Assembly (NCBI RefSeq): GCF_963921235.1
Contig: NC_086108.1
Span: forward strand, 70,062,001-70,122,000
Length of the DNA: 60,000 nt
From: Mobula hypostoma
Lineage: Eukaryota
Direction of reading: 5' to 3'
Part shown: piece by piece, positions 1 to 12,370 of the stretch
Layout: every line of letters starts with the position of its first letter
Position numbering within the stretch: position 1 is the stretch's first letter
Program-made: the position numbers and the translations under genes
Notes under the pieces: model-generated
The model's input: only the letters and a program-made list of their open reading frames with translations
Databases searched by the model: none
What the model was told of the DNA's origin: nothing

Positions 1-1247
1 TTATGTGACCGAGGGGAGGAGGAGTGGAAAGAACAAAGGGATTATCAGTGAGAGGGTAAAATCTAAGATTACCCAGGTGGCTGTAATGCTGTTGGTGTCA
101 TCTAAGAGGGGGAGCTGAAAGAATGCAACAGATCACTGAGGGGGAAGAAAAGTGAATTAGCCACATCTAACACAAACAGGAACAGATGGTTTAAGAAAAT
201 TGTTCCATTCAATACTGAGCCATGAAGCGTGCAAATACCGAAACAAAAGACGAGATAGTACCCTTCATCTACTTTGATCTTTGTCAGGAGAGTGTAGGAA
301 CCAAAAGACAGAGAAGACCACGTGGGGGAGGTTGGAAGAAATAAAGTGATGCTCAGAGTTAACAATTCATTGAGCTGCTTGGAAATGCTGGTTCAATGTA
401 CCAGCTCACCAATCGGATGCATACAAGGCCACAAAATAGCTGGGATCTCACTACAAGGACAAAGGTGGGATGTTTATTCCAGCCACCACCCCCACAATGT
501 CAATCAATATAAACAAATCGAGTCTATTGTGTGAGGAGTCACAGGTGCATATCTATCTTTTAATCATGAAGCAGGAAGTGCAACCATCCTGTAATCAGCC
601 CTCTGCTCTGCAATTTGAAAAGCAAACAGAAAACTGATTGATTCATATGAGTGCTCTGTCAAGATTTTTAAAAAAACTGGGAGCAGGTGGATATTTAAGA
701 AATAGGATAATTTAAAACATTGCTATTAAAATGTACATTTTCTTCAAGAAAGTTATTTCATTCTGGAGTATAGTTTTCCTGTGATTTTTTTTGGTTTATG
801 GATTTAAACCAGAAATTGACTTGGCTCCTTTTCATTTGGATGATCAATAATGTTATACTTTCCATGGAGCCATTTGTTTGCTGGTATCAAAGACAAAAAA
901 TGAAAATGAACATTTTTCATTGTATAAACTGGATTCATAATTTAATACCTCTCTCTTGGATTTGAAACATTAAAACTGTTTATCTTTTTTTCATTCTCAG
1001 CTTCCTCATACAGTACAAAACCTTTAATAACAAACCTTTTGCTTGGTCCTTACTTCCATGTCCTTCACCCTGTCCTTATTAATTACAGCAAAATAAATCC
1101 AACAAAACTTCAAGAACAGCATCTTCTCTTCTGGCAAAGCATGTAACAATGCTTAGAACTGATCACTATTTCAGTATTAAATATATAATATATACGATTT
1201 GATTGATACAGCAAAGAAACAGATTCAAAAAAATAACACTTATAATG

Positions 1248-2100
1248 TAAACACGAGGAAATCTGCAGATGCTGGAATTTCGAGCAAGACACATAAAAAT
1301 TACTGGTGAACACAGCAGGCCAGGCAGCATCTATTGGAAGAAGTAGAGTTGACGTTTCAGGCCGAGACCCTTCGTCAGGACGAACTGAAAGAAGAGATAG
1401 TAAGAGATTTGAAAGTGGAAGGGGGAGGGGGAGGAGGAGATCCGAAATGATAGAAGACGACAGGAGGGGGAAGGGATGGAGCTAAGAGCTGGACAGTTGA
1501 TTGGCAAAAGGGATATGAGAGGATCATGGGACGAACGAGAGGCCGAGGGTGAAAGAAAGGGGGAGGAGGGAAACCCAGAGGATGGGCAAGGAGTATAGCG
1601 AGAGGGACACAGGGAGAAAAAGGAGAGAGAAAAAAATATAATAATAATAAAAGATAAATAAATAACGGATGGGGTAGGAAGGGGAGGTGGGGCATTAATG
1701 GAAGTTAGAGAAGTCAGTGTTCATGCCGTCAGGTTGGAGGCTACCCAGACGGAATATAAGGTGTTGTTCCTCCAACCTGAGTGTAGCTTCATCTTTACAG
1801 TAGAGGAGGCCGTGGATAGACATGTCAGAGTGGGAATGGGACGTGGAATTAAAATGTGTGGCTACTGGGAGATCCTGCTTTCTCTGGCGGACAGAGCGTA
1901 GGTGTTCAGCAAAACGATCTCCCAGCTTGTGTCGGGTCTTGCCAATATATAGAAGGCCGCACCGGGAGCACCGGATGCAGTATATCACCCCAGCCGACTC
2001 ACAGGTGAAGTGTCGCCTCACCTGGAAGGACTGTCTGGGGCCCTGAATGGTGGTGAGGGAGGAAGTGTAAGGGCATGTGTAGCACTTGTTCGGCTTACTA
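1248..2100 (-). mobile_element. Penelope-like element, 5'-truncated (GIY-YIG C-terminus + pseudo-LTR with hammerhead core)
   Basis: ORF 1695..2021(-) GVIYCIRCSRCGLLYIGKT...RFAEHL is a GIY-YIG endonuclease; the pLTR carries CTGACGA..GAAACGTC on the minus strand; candidate TSD ttataatgta at 1240-1249 and 2101-2110. Confidence 0.9.
1695..2021 (-). pseudogene. GIY-YIG endonuclease domain fragment of a PLE ORF
   Basis: VIY..YIG motif, conserved R and EH, and C-terminal LEEQHLIFRLGSLQPDGMN. Confidence 0.85.
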
Positions 2101-3964
2101 TTATAATGTATTTACCAAACTCTTGGTCATGTGCTGATATTTTCCTTCGTGGGTACCAACCATAAGACACAGGGACAAAATTAGGCAATGTGGCCCATCG
2201 GGTCTGCTCTGCCATTTCATCATGGCTGATCCAACTTTCCCCTCAAATCCAATCTCCTGCCTTCTCCCCATATCTCTTCATGACCTGACCAATCAAGAAT
2301 CTATCAACCTCTGCCTTAAATATACATAAAGACTTGGTCTCCACAGCTGTCTGTGACAAAGAATTCCACAGATTCATCACTCTCTGGCTAAAGAAATTTT
2401 TCCTCATCTCTGTTGTAAAAGGATGCCTCTCTATTCTGAGGCTGTGTCCTCTGGTCTTAGACTCTCCCACCATAGGAAACATCCTCTCCACGTCCACTCT
2501 ATCAAGGCCTTTCATCATTCGATAGGTTTCAGTAAGGCCACCCGTCATTCTTCTGAATTCAAGTGAATACAGGCCCAGAGCCATCTAGCACTCTTCATTT
2601 GTCAACCCATTCAGTCCTGGAATCATTTTTGTGAGTCTCCTTTGAATCCTCTCCTGTTTCAGCACATCCTTTCTGAAACTGTACAAGGACTCCCAAATCC
2701 TTCTGCATCTCACTTTTTTGTATTTTCATTCCATTTAGAAAATAGTCAATCCTTTAATTTCTTCTACCAAAGTGCATGACCATGCACGTCCCAATACTAT
2801 TCCATCTGTTATTTCTTTGCCCATTTTCCTAATCTAAGTCCTTCTGCAGCCTCTCTACTTCCTCAAAACTACCTGCTCCTCCACCAATCATCATATTACC
2901 TGCAAACTTTGCAACAAAGCCATCAATTCCATCATCCAAATCATTAACATAAAAGTAAAAATAATCAGTCTCAATACAGACCCCTGTGGAACACACTAGT
3001 CACCGGCAGCCAGCCAGAAAAGGTTTCTATTATTCCCACTCTTTGCCTCCTGCCAATCAGCCACTGCTTTATCCATGCTAGAATCTTTCCTGTAATACCA
3101 TGGGCTCGTAGCTTGTTAAGCAGCCTCATGTGTGACACCTTGTCAAAGGCCTTCTGAAAATCCAAGTACATAACATCAACCAATTCTCCTTTGTCTTTCG
3201 TACTTGTTATTTCTTCAAAGAATTCCAACAGATTTGTCAGGCAAGATTTTTCCTCGAGGAAACTATGCTGACTACAGCCTATTTTATCATGTGCCTTCAA
3301 ATACCCTGAGATCTCATCCCTAATAATCAACTTCAACATCTTCCCAACCACTGAGGTCAGACTAACTGATCTAAAGTTTCCTTTCTTCTGCCTCTTTCTC
3401 TTCTTGAACACTGGAATGACATTTGCAATTGTCCAGTCTTCCAGAACCATTCCAGAATCCAATGATTCTTGAAAGATCATTACTAATGCCTCCACAATCT
3501 CTTCAGCCACCTCTTTCAGAACCCTACGGTGTACACCATCTGATCCAAATGACCTGTCTATCTTCAGACCTTTCAGTTTCCCAAGAACCTTCTCCCTAAT
3601 AATGGTACCCACACACAGTTCATGACCCCTGACACCTGGAACTTCCACCATACTTCTAGTGTCTTCCACAGTGAAGACTGCTGCAAAACACTTATTCAGT
3701 TCATCCATCATTTTGTTGTCCCCCATTACAACCACTCCAGCATCATTTTTCAGCAGTGCAATATCCACTCTTGCCTCTCTTTTACACTTTATGTACCTGA
3801 AGAAACTTTTGGTATCCTCTTTATTGGCTCGCTTCCTTTCGTATTCCACCTTTACCTTCTCAATTACTTTTTTATTTGACTTCTGTTGGTATTTGAAAGC
3901 TTCCCAATCCTCCAACTTCCCACTAATTTTTGCTTTATTATATGCCCACTGTTTGGATTTTATG

Positions 3965-4199
3965 CAACATACATCAAAGTTGCTGGTGAACGCAGCAGGC
4001 CAAGCAGCATCTATAGGAAGAGGCGCAGTCGACGTTTCAGGCCGAGACCCTTCGTCAGGACACAGTCCTGACGAAGGGTCTCGGCCTGAAACGTCGACTG
4101 CGCCTCTTCCTATAGATGCTGCTTGGCCTGCTGCGTTCACCAGCAACTTTGATGTATGTTGCTTGAATTTCCAGCATCTGCAGAATTCCTGTTGTTTAC
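3965..4199. mobile_element. Palindromic PLE pseudo-LTR insertion with hammerhead cores
   Basis: Perfect 98-bp inverted arms 3964-4061 and 4065-4162, loop aca, 37-nt tail, TSD gtttggattttatg at 3951-3964 and 4200-4213. Confidence 0.92.
4063..4100 (+). ncRNA. Minimal type I hammerhead ribozyme motif (PLE-type)
   Basis: cagtc-CTGACGA-agggtctcggcct-GAAA-cgtc-gactg: stem I cagtc/gactg, stem II agg/cct, palindromic ACGT stem III, predicted cleavage after GTC 4095. Confidence 0.85.
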
Positions 4200-5138
4200 G
4201 TTTGGATTTTATGTTGGTTTTGACTTCTCTTGCTAGCCACAGTTGTGTCATTTTCCCTTTAGAATACTTCTTCCACTTTGGGATGTAAATATCCTGTGCC
4301 TTCCGAATTGCTTCCAGAAATTTCAGCCACTGCTGCCAGTGTTTCCTCCCCAATCAGTTCTGGTGAACTCCTCTCTCATACCTCTGTAATTCCCTTTACT
4401 CCATTGTAATACCGATACATCTGACTTTAGCTTCTTCTTCTCAAATTTCAGGATGAATTTGGTCATATTATGGTCACTTTCTCCTTAGTGTTCTTTTACC
4501 TTAAGCTCTCTAATCAATTCTGGTTCACTGCACAATACCCAACATTGTAGGAATTCCCGCTCTTGGAATCCAGCACCAACTTGATTTTCCCAATCCACCT
4601 GCATATTAAAGTCCCTCATGACCATTTTAATATTCCCCTTTTGGCATACATTTTCCATCTCCCGTTGTAATTTGTAGGCCACATCCTTACCACTGTTTGG
4701 GGGTCTGTATAAAACTCCAAAAGGGGTCTTTTTACCCTTGCAGTTCCTTAGTTCAATGCACAATGATTCAACACCTTCCGACCCTTATGTCACTTCTTTT
4801 TGATGATTTGATTTCATTTTTTACCAACAGAACAATGCCACCCTCTCTGTCTTCCTGCCTGTCCTTTCGATACAATGTGTATCCTTGGACATTAAGCTCA
4901 GAGCTATAATCTTCTTTCAGCCATGATTCAGTGATGCCTACAACATCATACCTGCCAATTTGCAACTGTGCTGTAAGTTCATCCACCTTATTCTGCATAC
5001 TACGCATAATCAAATACAACACTTTCAGTCCTGTATTCACCCTTTTCGATTTTTTCCACCTTTTACATTGCAACTCATCCTATTGACTGCAATGTAGCCC
5101 TATCAACAGCCTCTCCTCACTACACATTGCCTCTATTC

Positions 5139-5494
5139 CTTCCCCCTCCCTTCCCCTATCCCAGTTTCACTCTGCCTCCTCCCCGAGCTGCCTATCACCT
5201 CCCTCGTGGTTCTGCCTCCTTCTACTACCTATTGTGCTTTCTCCTATTCCTTCTTCATCTTTCCTGCCTATCACCTGCCTGCTTCCCCTCCCCCACCCCT
5301 TGATCTTTCCCTTACTGGTTTTTCACCTGGAACCTACCAGCCTTCTCCTTCCTACCCTCCCCCCACCTTCTTTATAGGGCCTCTGCCCCTTCCCTATTCA
5401 GTCCTGACAAAGGGTCTCAGCCTGAAATGTTGACTGATCATTTCCACGGATACTGCCCGACCTGCTGAGTTCCTCTGGCGTGTTGTGAGTGTTG
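5139..5494 (+). mobile_element. PLE 3' region/pLTR fragment with degenerate hammerhead
   Basis: Pyrimidine-rich tract followed by cagtcctgacaaagggtctcagcctgaaatgttgactg; possible TSD ctattc. Confidence 0.75.
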
Positions 5495-5799
5495 ACTATT
5501 CGCTGATCAAAGGTCTATTACACTGCCACAAACTGCTGCAGCTGCCTTTTATCCTCGGGGAGTGAACCTGATTGAAATTCCCACCCCTCTCCAAACTTCT
5601 GATATCTGGATTGGCTGCTGGTCAAAGCTCTATAATGGTTATCGATAATTTTCAGCAATTACATACTACTAATTGATGTCATACTTCACTTCAGATCCAA
5701 TGCAGCTGGTGAAAATAAAATCAGCCAGGCCTTTGAAGTGAGCTTTGCTTCCAAGCAATTGGTGCTGATGAATGAACAGCAATTACTTAACATCATCAC

Positions 5800-5920
5800 A
5801 GGAGGTTCTGGAAATCCAGAACAATGCATACAAAATGCTGGAGGAATTCCTGATGAAGTGTTTCGGCCTGAATCGTCGACTGTCTATTCTTCTCTCAAAT
5901 GCTGTCTGACCTGCTGAATT
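5800..5920. mobile_element. Old inverted pLTR junction (PLE)
   Basis: Minus-strand pLTR end (caaaatgctggaggaa) fused to plus-strand ctgatgaagtgtttcggcctgaatcgtcgactg. Confidence 0.6.
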
Positions 5921-6311
5921 ACTTACCCTCATTTTCTACATCAGCTGTTTCCTAACAAATACTTAGGTCATAATTTATTTGTTTGTTCAGAGGATCTCAA
6001 AATGTCAACTTGATTTTCATTTTACAATGGTCAATGTATGTAGATTCAGCACCAATAAACTCACATACCCTGTCATCCAGAATTTCTTTCCCAAACATCT
6101 AAGTAAATCGCAACTTTTGTCCAGAGATCAAGCACAGAATTGGAGTCACTGTTTGCTCACTTGAAATACCATATGCCTTGACCTAATTTTCCTTCTTTTT
6201 GTTAGAGATACTTTTACCCAGATTTTTTTTATAAATGGGTTCTTTTGTATTTCTTTGTTTTGTGACTGCATGTTAGGAGACAAATCTCAAGGTTGTATAA
6301 TGTATACATAC

Positions 6312-8592
6312 TTTTTTTAAATCAAGGTATTTTTATTAACAAAGAGAAATAGCAGAACCAACCAATCAACAATATAATACAACCAACCATTTTGTACCAG
6401 TTACAGAAAGAACCCCCCCCCCACCCTCCAATAAACAACAAATAGAACCAGCTGGACCAGTCAAAAATAGATGGCCTAGTGTACATATAAAGATAAAGCA
6501 CTTTACACATTTAGATAATTTTTTCAGCATCCATATTTTTGAGGAAACTTAAAAAAGGTTGCCAAGTGGTGTTAAATCTTGCAGACTGCCCCCTAACCAA
6601 ATAGCGATCTTCTCAAATTTTATAAAGTACAGGATATCTTTGATCCACTGTCCATATGTTGGAGGGGAAGAGTCTTTCCATGTGCACAAGCTGAGCCTTC
6701 TGGCAAGAAGTGAACAAAAAGCGATGAGATTGGTTTGGAATTTGCTGAGGTTAGCATTCTGAGAAGGCTCTCCAAATAGTGCTGTTGACCAAGATGGTGC
6801 AATTAATTGTCCAAAAATTTTCAAAAATCAAACCCCAGAAATTTACTAATTTTGGACATGACCAAAACATATGGCAGAGTATAGCCAGGAATTGTTTACA
6901 TCTGTCACACATTGGGTCAAGATCTTTATTAACCCTAGCCAATCTAATTTAAGATCACTGACAACGGTGCATTTTTAAACTGAAACTGAACAACATGTCT
7001 AAGACACACAGAGGACAAATAAATTCAATTGTTTTTTGCCATATGTCATCTGGAATTTGTTCCTCTATATCCTCTTCCCATCTGTGTTTTAATAAATCCA
7101 AATTCTCAGGATTAACTACATTAAGTAGCTTGTAGATTTTGCTTACAGATTGTTTCACGTCAATTTTGCACTTAAGGACTGAATCCAAGAGCGATGAAGG
7201 GGGGCAGTAGGGAAAGCACTCAAGATAAGAGGCCATAAAGCTCCTGAGTTGTAAATATCTATAGAAGTGTGTCCTAGGTATATCAAATTTCTTAACTAGC
7301 TGTTCAAAAGAGGCAAAATTGCTGTCAATGTAGAGATTATACAATGAAATGATACCGTGTTTAGGCCAAATATCAAACGCTACATCCATTATTGATGGGG
7401 TGAACATGTAATTTTTTGCTACTGGTGCAGCGAGTAAGAGGTTATTAAGTGGATTGTCACCTTGTCGTGGTGGAGAAGCTTGCATAGTCCTGTGATCCCG
7501 AGAGCGATGCCATATGGAGCTATGCTCTGGTAGGGTCACCTATGGTGGTAAGGTCGAGGGTGAGGTCCCTGACAAAGGACAATCCAACCAAGACCTCAAC
7601 GGTGGAACAGGTGGATGAAGTTACTTTGAACTCAACGACTGTGAAGGCGGATGAAGGCTGCAGCAAATCCATCAGCTCCAATCGTCGTGGTTTCCACGCC
7701 ATTGGAATCAATTGGTTGATTTGTGAAGTATCGTGTGCTTCTTGGAGTGCAACATCAAGTACACGTTAAACAAATACTCGCACAGGCGTCTTCACTCTGT
7801 GGGCCACTTCTTCAGAACGAAGACCATCACCCTCGTCCTCAAGGGATAGCCACAACGACGACGACGATTACGTGTAAAATGACGTCTAAATTGGAACCAA
7901 ATTTTAATCCAGTATATCATAACTGGATTCAGTGTGAAACTAGATACAGGTTGTGACAGTGGTAGTTTAGCATATATTATCAACAAAGAGGTAAATTGTG
8001 AGGATGACTTCTCCATAATCACCCAGCTAAGAGCAGCAATATCATCTCTTGTCCAATATAAAATTGCTGACCAGTTGTAAAATAGAAAATTTGGAAGTGC
8101 CAAACCCCCATCTTACGAGGCCTCTGTAGTATTTTTTCCTTTACTCTGGGCTGTTTTTTATTCCAAATAAAACTTGAAATTTGACTATTTAGGTTATTGA
8201 AGGAAGTCTTTGTTAGAAGAATTGGGAGGCTTTGGAACATGTTTAAGAATTTGGGCAGGACAGTCATTTTAATTGTATTAATCCTCCCACTAAGGGAAAG
8301 AGATAAAGAATTCCAATATTCAAATTCCTGTTTAAGATTGGAAAGGAGATGTTGATAGTTGGCTTTATAAAGGTCCTTGTAATTATTTGTTATCCAGACC
8401 CCTAAGTATTTGAATTTCCAATAGCTGATTCTAAAGGGGGTCACGGAAAAAGAAATATCCAAACATGTGGTCCCAATTGGCATAAGTTCACTCTTTTGAA
8501 AGTTAACTTTATAACCAGATATTTGACCGAATTTAGTGAGCAATATTTATAGATTTGGGAAACCTTGAGTTGCATCTGAGATATACAATAGG
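6312..8592 (-). mobile_element. L1 LINE, 5'-truncated ORF2 (RT C-terminus, CCHC knuckle, 3'UTR, polyA)
   Basis: LLYISD; FGQISGYKVNFQKSE; GRINTIKMTVLPKFL; CDRC..HMFWSC; minus-strand AATAAA and A-tail near 6312-6340. Confidence 0.9.
7451..7866 (+). mobile_element. Short non-autonomous RTE-clade element (5'UTR-like head + (ACG)n tail) inserted in L1
   Basis: Head ccttgtcgtggtggag...ggtagggtcacc resembles Rex3/BovB-type 5'UTR; tail acgacgacgacg; TSD attaagtg/attacgtg; removing it restores L1 RHFTLNNLLLAAP. Confidence 0.75.
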
Positions 8593-8682
8593 ACGAATGG
8601 TCTCGGCCCAAAACTTCGACTGTGCTTCTTCCTATGGATGCTGTCTGGCCTGCTGTGTTCCACCAGCATTTTGTGTGTGTTG
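8593..8682 (+). mobile_element. PLE pLTR fragment
   Basis: ggtctcggcccaaaacttcgactg...ccagcattttgtgtgtgttg matches the other pLTR copies. Confidence 0.75.
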
Positions 8683-8699
8683 ATACGATAACATGATTG

Positions 8700-8890
8700 T
8701 TTCATCCTTTGAGAAATAATGAGCAATAATTTAGATTCTTGATTGGTTAGGACATGAAGGGATACAGAGGGAAGGTGGGGGACTGGGGCTGAGAGTAAAA
8801 TTGGATCAGCCATGATGAAATGGCAGAGGATACTCGATGGGCCAAATGGCCTAATTCTGCTCCTATATCTTATGGTCTTAAGGTCTTATA
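8700..8890 (+). mobile_element. CR1 3' end
   Basis: gatcagccatgat...gggccaaatggcctaattctgctcctatatcttatggtctta tail. Confidence 0.75.
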
Positions 8891-9139
8891 AACTCATGCT
8901 TTAAATTATTTTTAAATATAAGTAGATCTCTCAAAAACATTGTTCATCTCATAATTAATATGGTCATGAACTTGAAAAAATACAGTTGAATCTCCTATCA
9001 GAAATCTCTACCAAACAACAATTAATCAAATAATTCCATAATTCTACACTGATTAGGCCTGAGAAACAAAGTCGCTGAACTCAGTGGCCTGTCTCTGATC
9101 TATATCAGATATTTCACTCCTGATGATCATCACTCATCA

Positions 9140-9435
9140 GGACCCTCAACACCAGGTTCAGGTACACTTATTACTCCTCAACCATCAGGCTCTTGAACCA
9201 GAGGGGATAAATCCACTCAAATTCACGCACCCCATTGCACAACTGATTCCACAATCTATGGACTCACTTTCAAGGACTCTGCATCTCATGTTCTCAACAT
9301 TATTGCTTATTTATTTGTTATTATTTTGTTTGTTTTTCGTTTCTTTGTATTTACTGTGAATGGCCGCAAAAAATTAATCTTAGGGTTGTATATGATGACA
9401 TGTATGTACTTTGACAACAAATTTACTTTGAACTT
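9140..9435 (+). mobile_element. Rex1/Babar-type LINE 3' end
   Basis: accaggttcagg...accatcaggctcttgaac and tail aaatttactttgaac, shared with 12815-13327 and 53825-54670. Confidence 0.7.
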
Positions 9436-9539
9436 CTACTGAAAGCATAAGACTTCAAACTCCTTTCTAATCATAATTTTACACTGCCATTTTACGGGGC
9501 TGAAAGATAATACCTCTGAATGGTTACGTGATGTTACAT

Positions 9540-9935
9540 CATGCTTAAATTTAGAGAAGATCCATTGTTCAATTTCTGAATCTAGCCAAGACATTCAAAC
9601 ATTGTGGGGACCATTTTTGAACTATTTTCAAAACCTTTGACTTGCTGTTAAAGTACAGATGGTGGCTAATAACATTTTTCACTTTATGATAAGGATTTTT
9701 TTCCTTTTTCCTTTCTTTACCAAACAGCTTTGATCTTGGTAGTGGGTTTAGATTTTTTTTCTGTATAATAAAATTATTACATTTCAATATTACGATTTAC
9801 ATGAATATAGGGTAATGTGATTACAAGTGTGATTCTAATATATTTGGTATTATTTTATCTTTTTTATTTATAATATATATCTTCTTGTACTCTGTATTCT
9901 TATATGTAGAAACTAATAAAAATATTGAAAGAGAA
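9540..9935 (+). mobile_element. L1 3' end
   Basis: LEKIHCSISESSQDIQTLWGPFLNYFQNL* (L1 ORF2 terminus), AT-rich UTR, AATAAA near 9915. Confidence 0.65.
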
Positions 9936-10129
9936 GAGTCACAAAGCACCACACAACAATGCAAACACAAGGGCTAACTAATGCATAGAAAAGTGCCACC
10001 AATAACATCTGTGGTTAGTTTTGATTGAATTGGAAAAGTTGCATGCACCTTTTCATTTCATGCAGAGGCATCTTTAAGTTCTCTGGTTCTCTGTTTCTCA
10101 ATGTATTTAATTTTATATCCAAGTTCAAT

Positions 10130-10895
10130 AGACTGGAATGTTCACTAATATCTTTAACCTCTCGTTTTGGCAGTCTGAGGAACCTACCTGCTTCAAGCAG
10201 GCTTCAATTATACGAAGAACGTGGTAACCTTTCTCAATGACTAGCATCCAGTAGCACTTGTGTCCACTGTGATGAAGCATATTGAGAGGCTAGTAACAAA
10301 ACATATCTGAGAAGCGACTTGGATCCACTCCAATTTGCCTCCTGTCGCAACAGCTTAACAACAGATGTCACTTCAATGGCTCCTCACTCAACTCTGGAAC
10401 AGCTGGACAATAAAGATGCATACATCAGGGTGTTCTTCATTGAGTACATCTTGGCCTCCTCAAAACTAATCAATAAGCTCCAAGACCAAGGCCTCAATAT
10501 GTCCTTGTGCAACTGGGTTCTTGAGTTCCTCTCTTGTAGGCCTCAGTCAGTTTAGGTTGGCAACAACATCTCCTCCACAATCACCATCGGCACAGATGCA
10601 CCACAAAGCTGTGTGCTTAGCCCCCTGCTCTACACGCTTTGTAGTTATAACTGTGAGGCTAAGCACACCTTCAATGCTATATTAAAGTTTGCCAACAACA
10701 CCACTGTTGGTGGCCGAAACAAAGGTAGTGATGAATCAGGAGATGATTCAACAATTATGATGATGAACCCTATAAGAGGAAGATTGAAAATCTGTCCGAG
10801 TGACGCCATATCAACAGTTTCTCACTCAATGTCAGCAAAACTAAAGAGCTGATTATTGACTAGAAGAGAAAGAACCCAGAGTTCCATGAGAAAGT
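10130..10895 (+). mobile_element. Rex1/Babar LINE RT fragment
   Basis: PTCFKQASII; DPLQFA; LCNWVLEFL; PQSCVLSPLLYTL; LKFANNTT. Confidence 0.85.
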
Positions 10896-10899
10896 GCTC

Positions 10900-12370
10900 A
10901 ATATATGTGTAACCATATACAACCCTGAGATTCATTTTCTTGCGGGTATACTCAATAAATCCAATAGTGTAACCATAATAGAATCAATTGCAGCAACAGG
11001 AAAGAAAATCAGAGTGCAAAAGACAACAAACTGTGCAAATACAAAAAGAAATAAATGATAATAAATAATAATACATAAACACATAACAAATATTGAGAAC
11101 ATGGTTCAGGGGCCTGATGGTTGAGGGGTAATGACTGTTCCTGAACCTGGTGGTGTGAGTCCTTCTTCCTGATGGCAGCATGAGAAGAGAGCATGGTCTG
11201 GGTGGTGGCAGTCCCTGATGATGGATGCTGCAATTTAAGGTTGCTGATCCTCACCACCTCTGATCCCCCAATGAGGACTGATTCATGTACCTAGATACGT
11301 CCTCCTTCAGTCAATAATCAATTCCTTGGTCTTGCTGACATTGAGTAAGAGGTTGCTGTGTGGCACCACTCGCCAGATTTTCAGTCTCCCTCCTATATGC
11401 TGATTTGTCACCACCTTTGATTGGGCCTATGACAGTGGTGTCATCTGCAAACTTAAATATGGTGTGACGAATACACATAGATAAGATGTTAGCTGTCCTG
11501 TGTGATCAGCAGTTGGTCTGCCACCTGTCTTCAAGAGAGAGATAAGGAACACAATGAAACAGCACCTGGAGATGTGTAGAGAGCTGTCTGGAGCGGCTCC
11601 CCCTTTGAACCCTGAACTGTTTGAAGTGATGGACAGGCGATACCACAGCAGGGGGATAAAAAGGGACAGGTTCGCTAAGGCAGGACACACGCCACCCGAG
11701 GTAACGAGACCCTGGAAGCGGTGCGCCTCTCACGAGTCGGTGGGAAGTATCAGACAACGGCCAGGGTGGAAAGGTACGATCAGCGGGAACCCGGTGTGTG
11801 TCCGCCCTTGCTTGGGTGCCGGGTTCACTGCAGAGGATCGACCACATCTGGAGGAGGGGTCACAGTCGGTGACCTCAGGTGACATCACCAAAGACCTGCC
11901 CAAAAAGCTGCTTGTGAGCCATATCGCCGGTCTGTGAGTGGAAGCCGTTCTGAATGATCAGTTGTTCCTGTTCTCTCTCTCTCTCCCCCCACGTTGTCCA
12001 TCGCCATGGCAACGATTACTGCGAACTGAACTACTAAACTGGACTGAACTTTGAATCACTTTGAAATTGGTCATTTACCCCTAGACAACGATAGAGCTTG
12101 ATTGATGCTGTTATCTTAATTCTGTGCACATGTGTGTTTATCATCGCTGAACTGTTGCATTCATTATCCTTTCGATTACTGTGTTGCTTGTTTCTTTAAT
12201 AAAACTTTCTTAGTTCTAGTAATCCAGACTCCAACTGAGTGATCCATTTCTGCTGGTTTGGCAACCCAGTTACGGGGTACGTAACAATGGCATTGGATCT
12301 GTACTTGGCTACACAGTCATAAATGTAAAGCAAGTAGAGCAGAGGGCTAAGCATAGCTTTGTGGGGACAG
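10900..12370 (-). mobile_element. Rex1/Babar LINE 3' fragment interrupted by the solo LTR
   Basis: LPSGRRTHTTRFRNSHYPSTIR; FKFADDTT across the LTR site; 3'UTR matches other copies. Confidence 0.8.
11463..12286 (+). mobile_element. Solo LTR (824 bp), probably Gypsy-type
   Basis: TGTGACG...CGTAACA termini; 4-bp TSD atgg at 11459-11462 and 12287-12290; AATAAA near 12198; host Rex1 resumes after the TSD. Confidence 0.9.

Larger units (their letters stand above)
2160..5132 (-). mobile_element. CR1 LINE, decayed ORF2 (APE endonuclease + RT) with 3' tail
   Basis: ORFs 4768-5073 (YDVVGITESWL), 4485-4763 (LYRPPNS), 2971-4353 ([13 protein letters not shown]) and 2243-2584 (FFSQRVMNLWNSL); interrupted by an insertion at 3965-4199. 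Confidence 0.93.

Noticed and set aside
2971..4353. 460-aa ORF as a novel RT fusion, with mirrored ORF 3659-4288
   Set aside because: It is decayed CR1 ORF2 read through the palindromic insertion, which added 249 bp including the TSD and so kept the frame. The same peptide on both strands is a consequence of the palindrome.
10174..10223. Apparent small exon (ttttggcag...gtaacc)
   Set aside because: It lies within Rex1 RT sequence (FNLS..PTCFKQASII).
11506..11937. ORFs inside the solo LTR
   Set aside because: No gag, pol or env motifs; short ORFs are expected in GC-rich LTR sequence.
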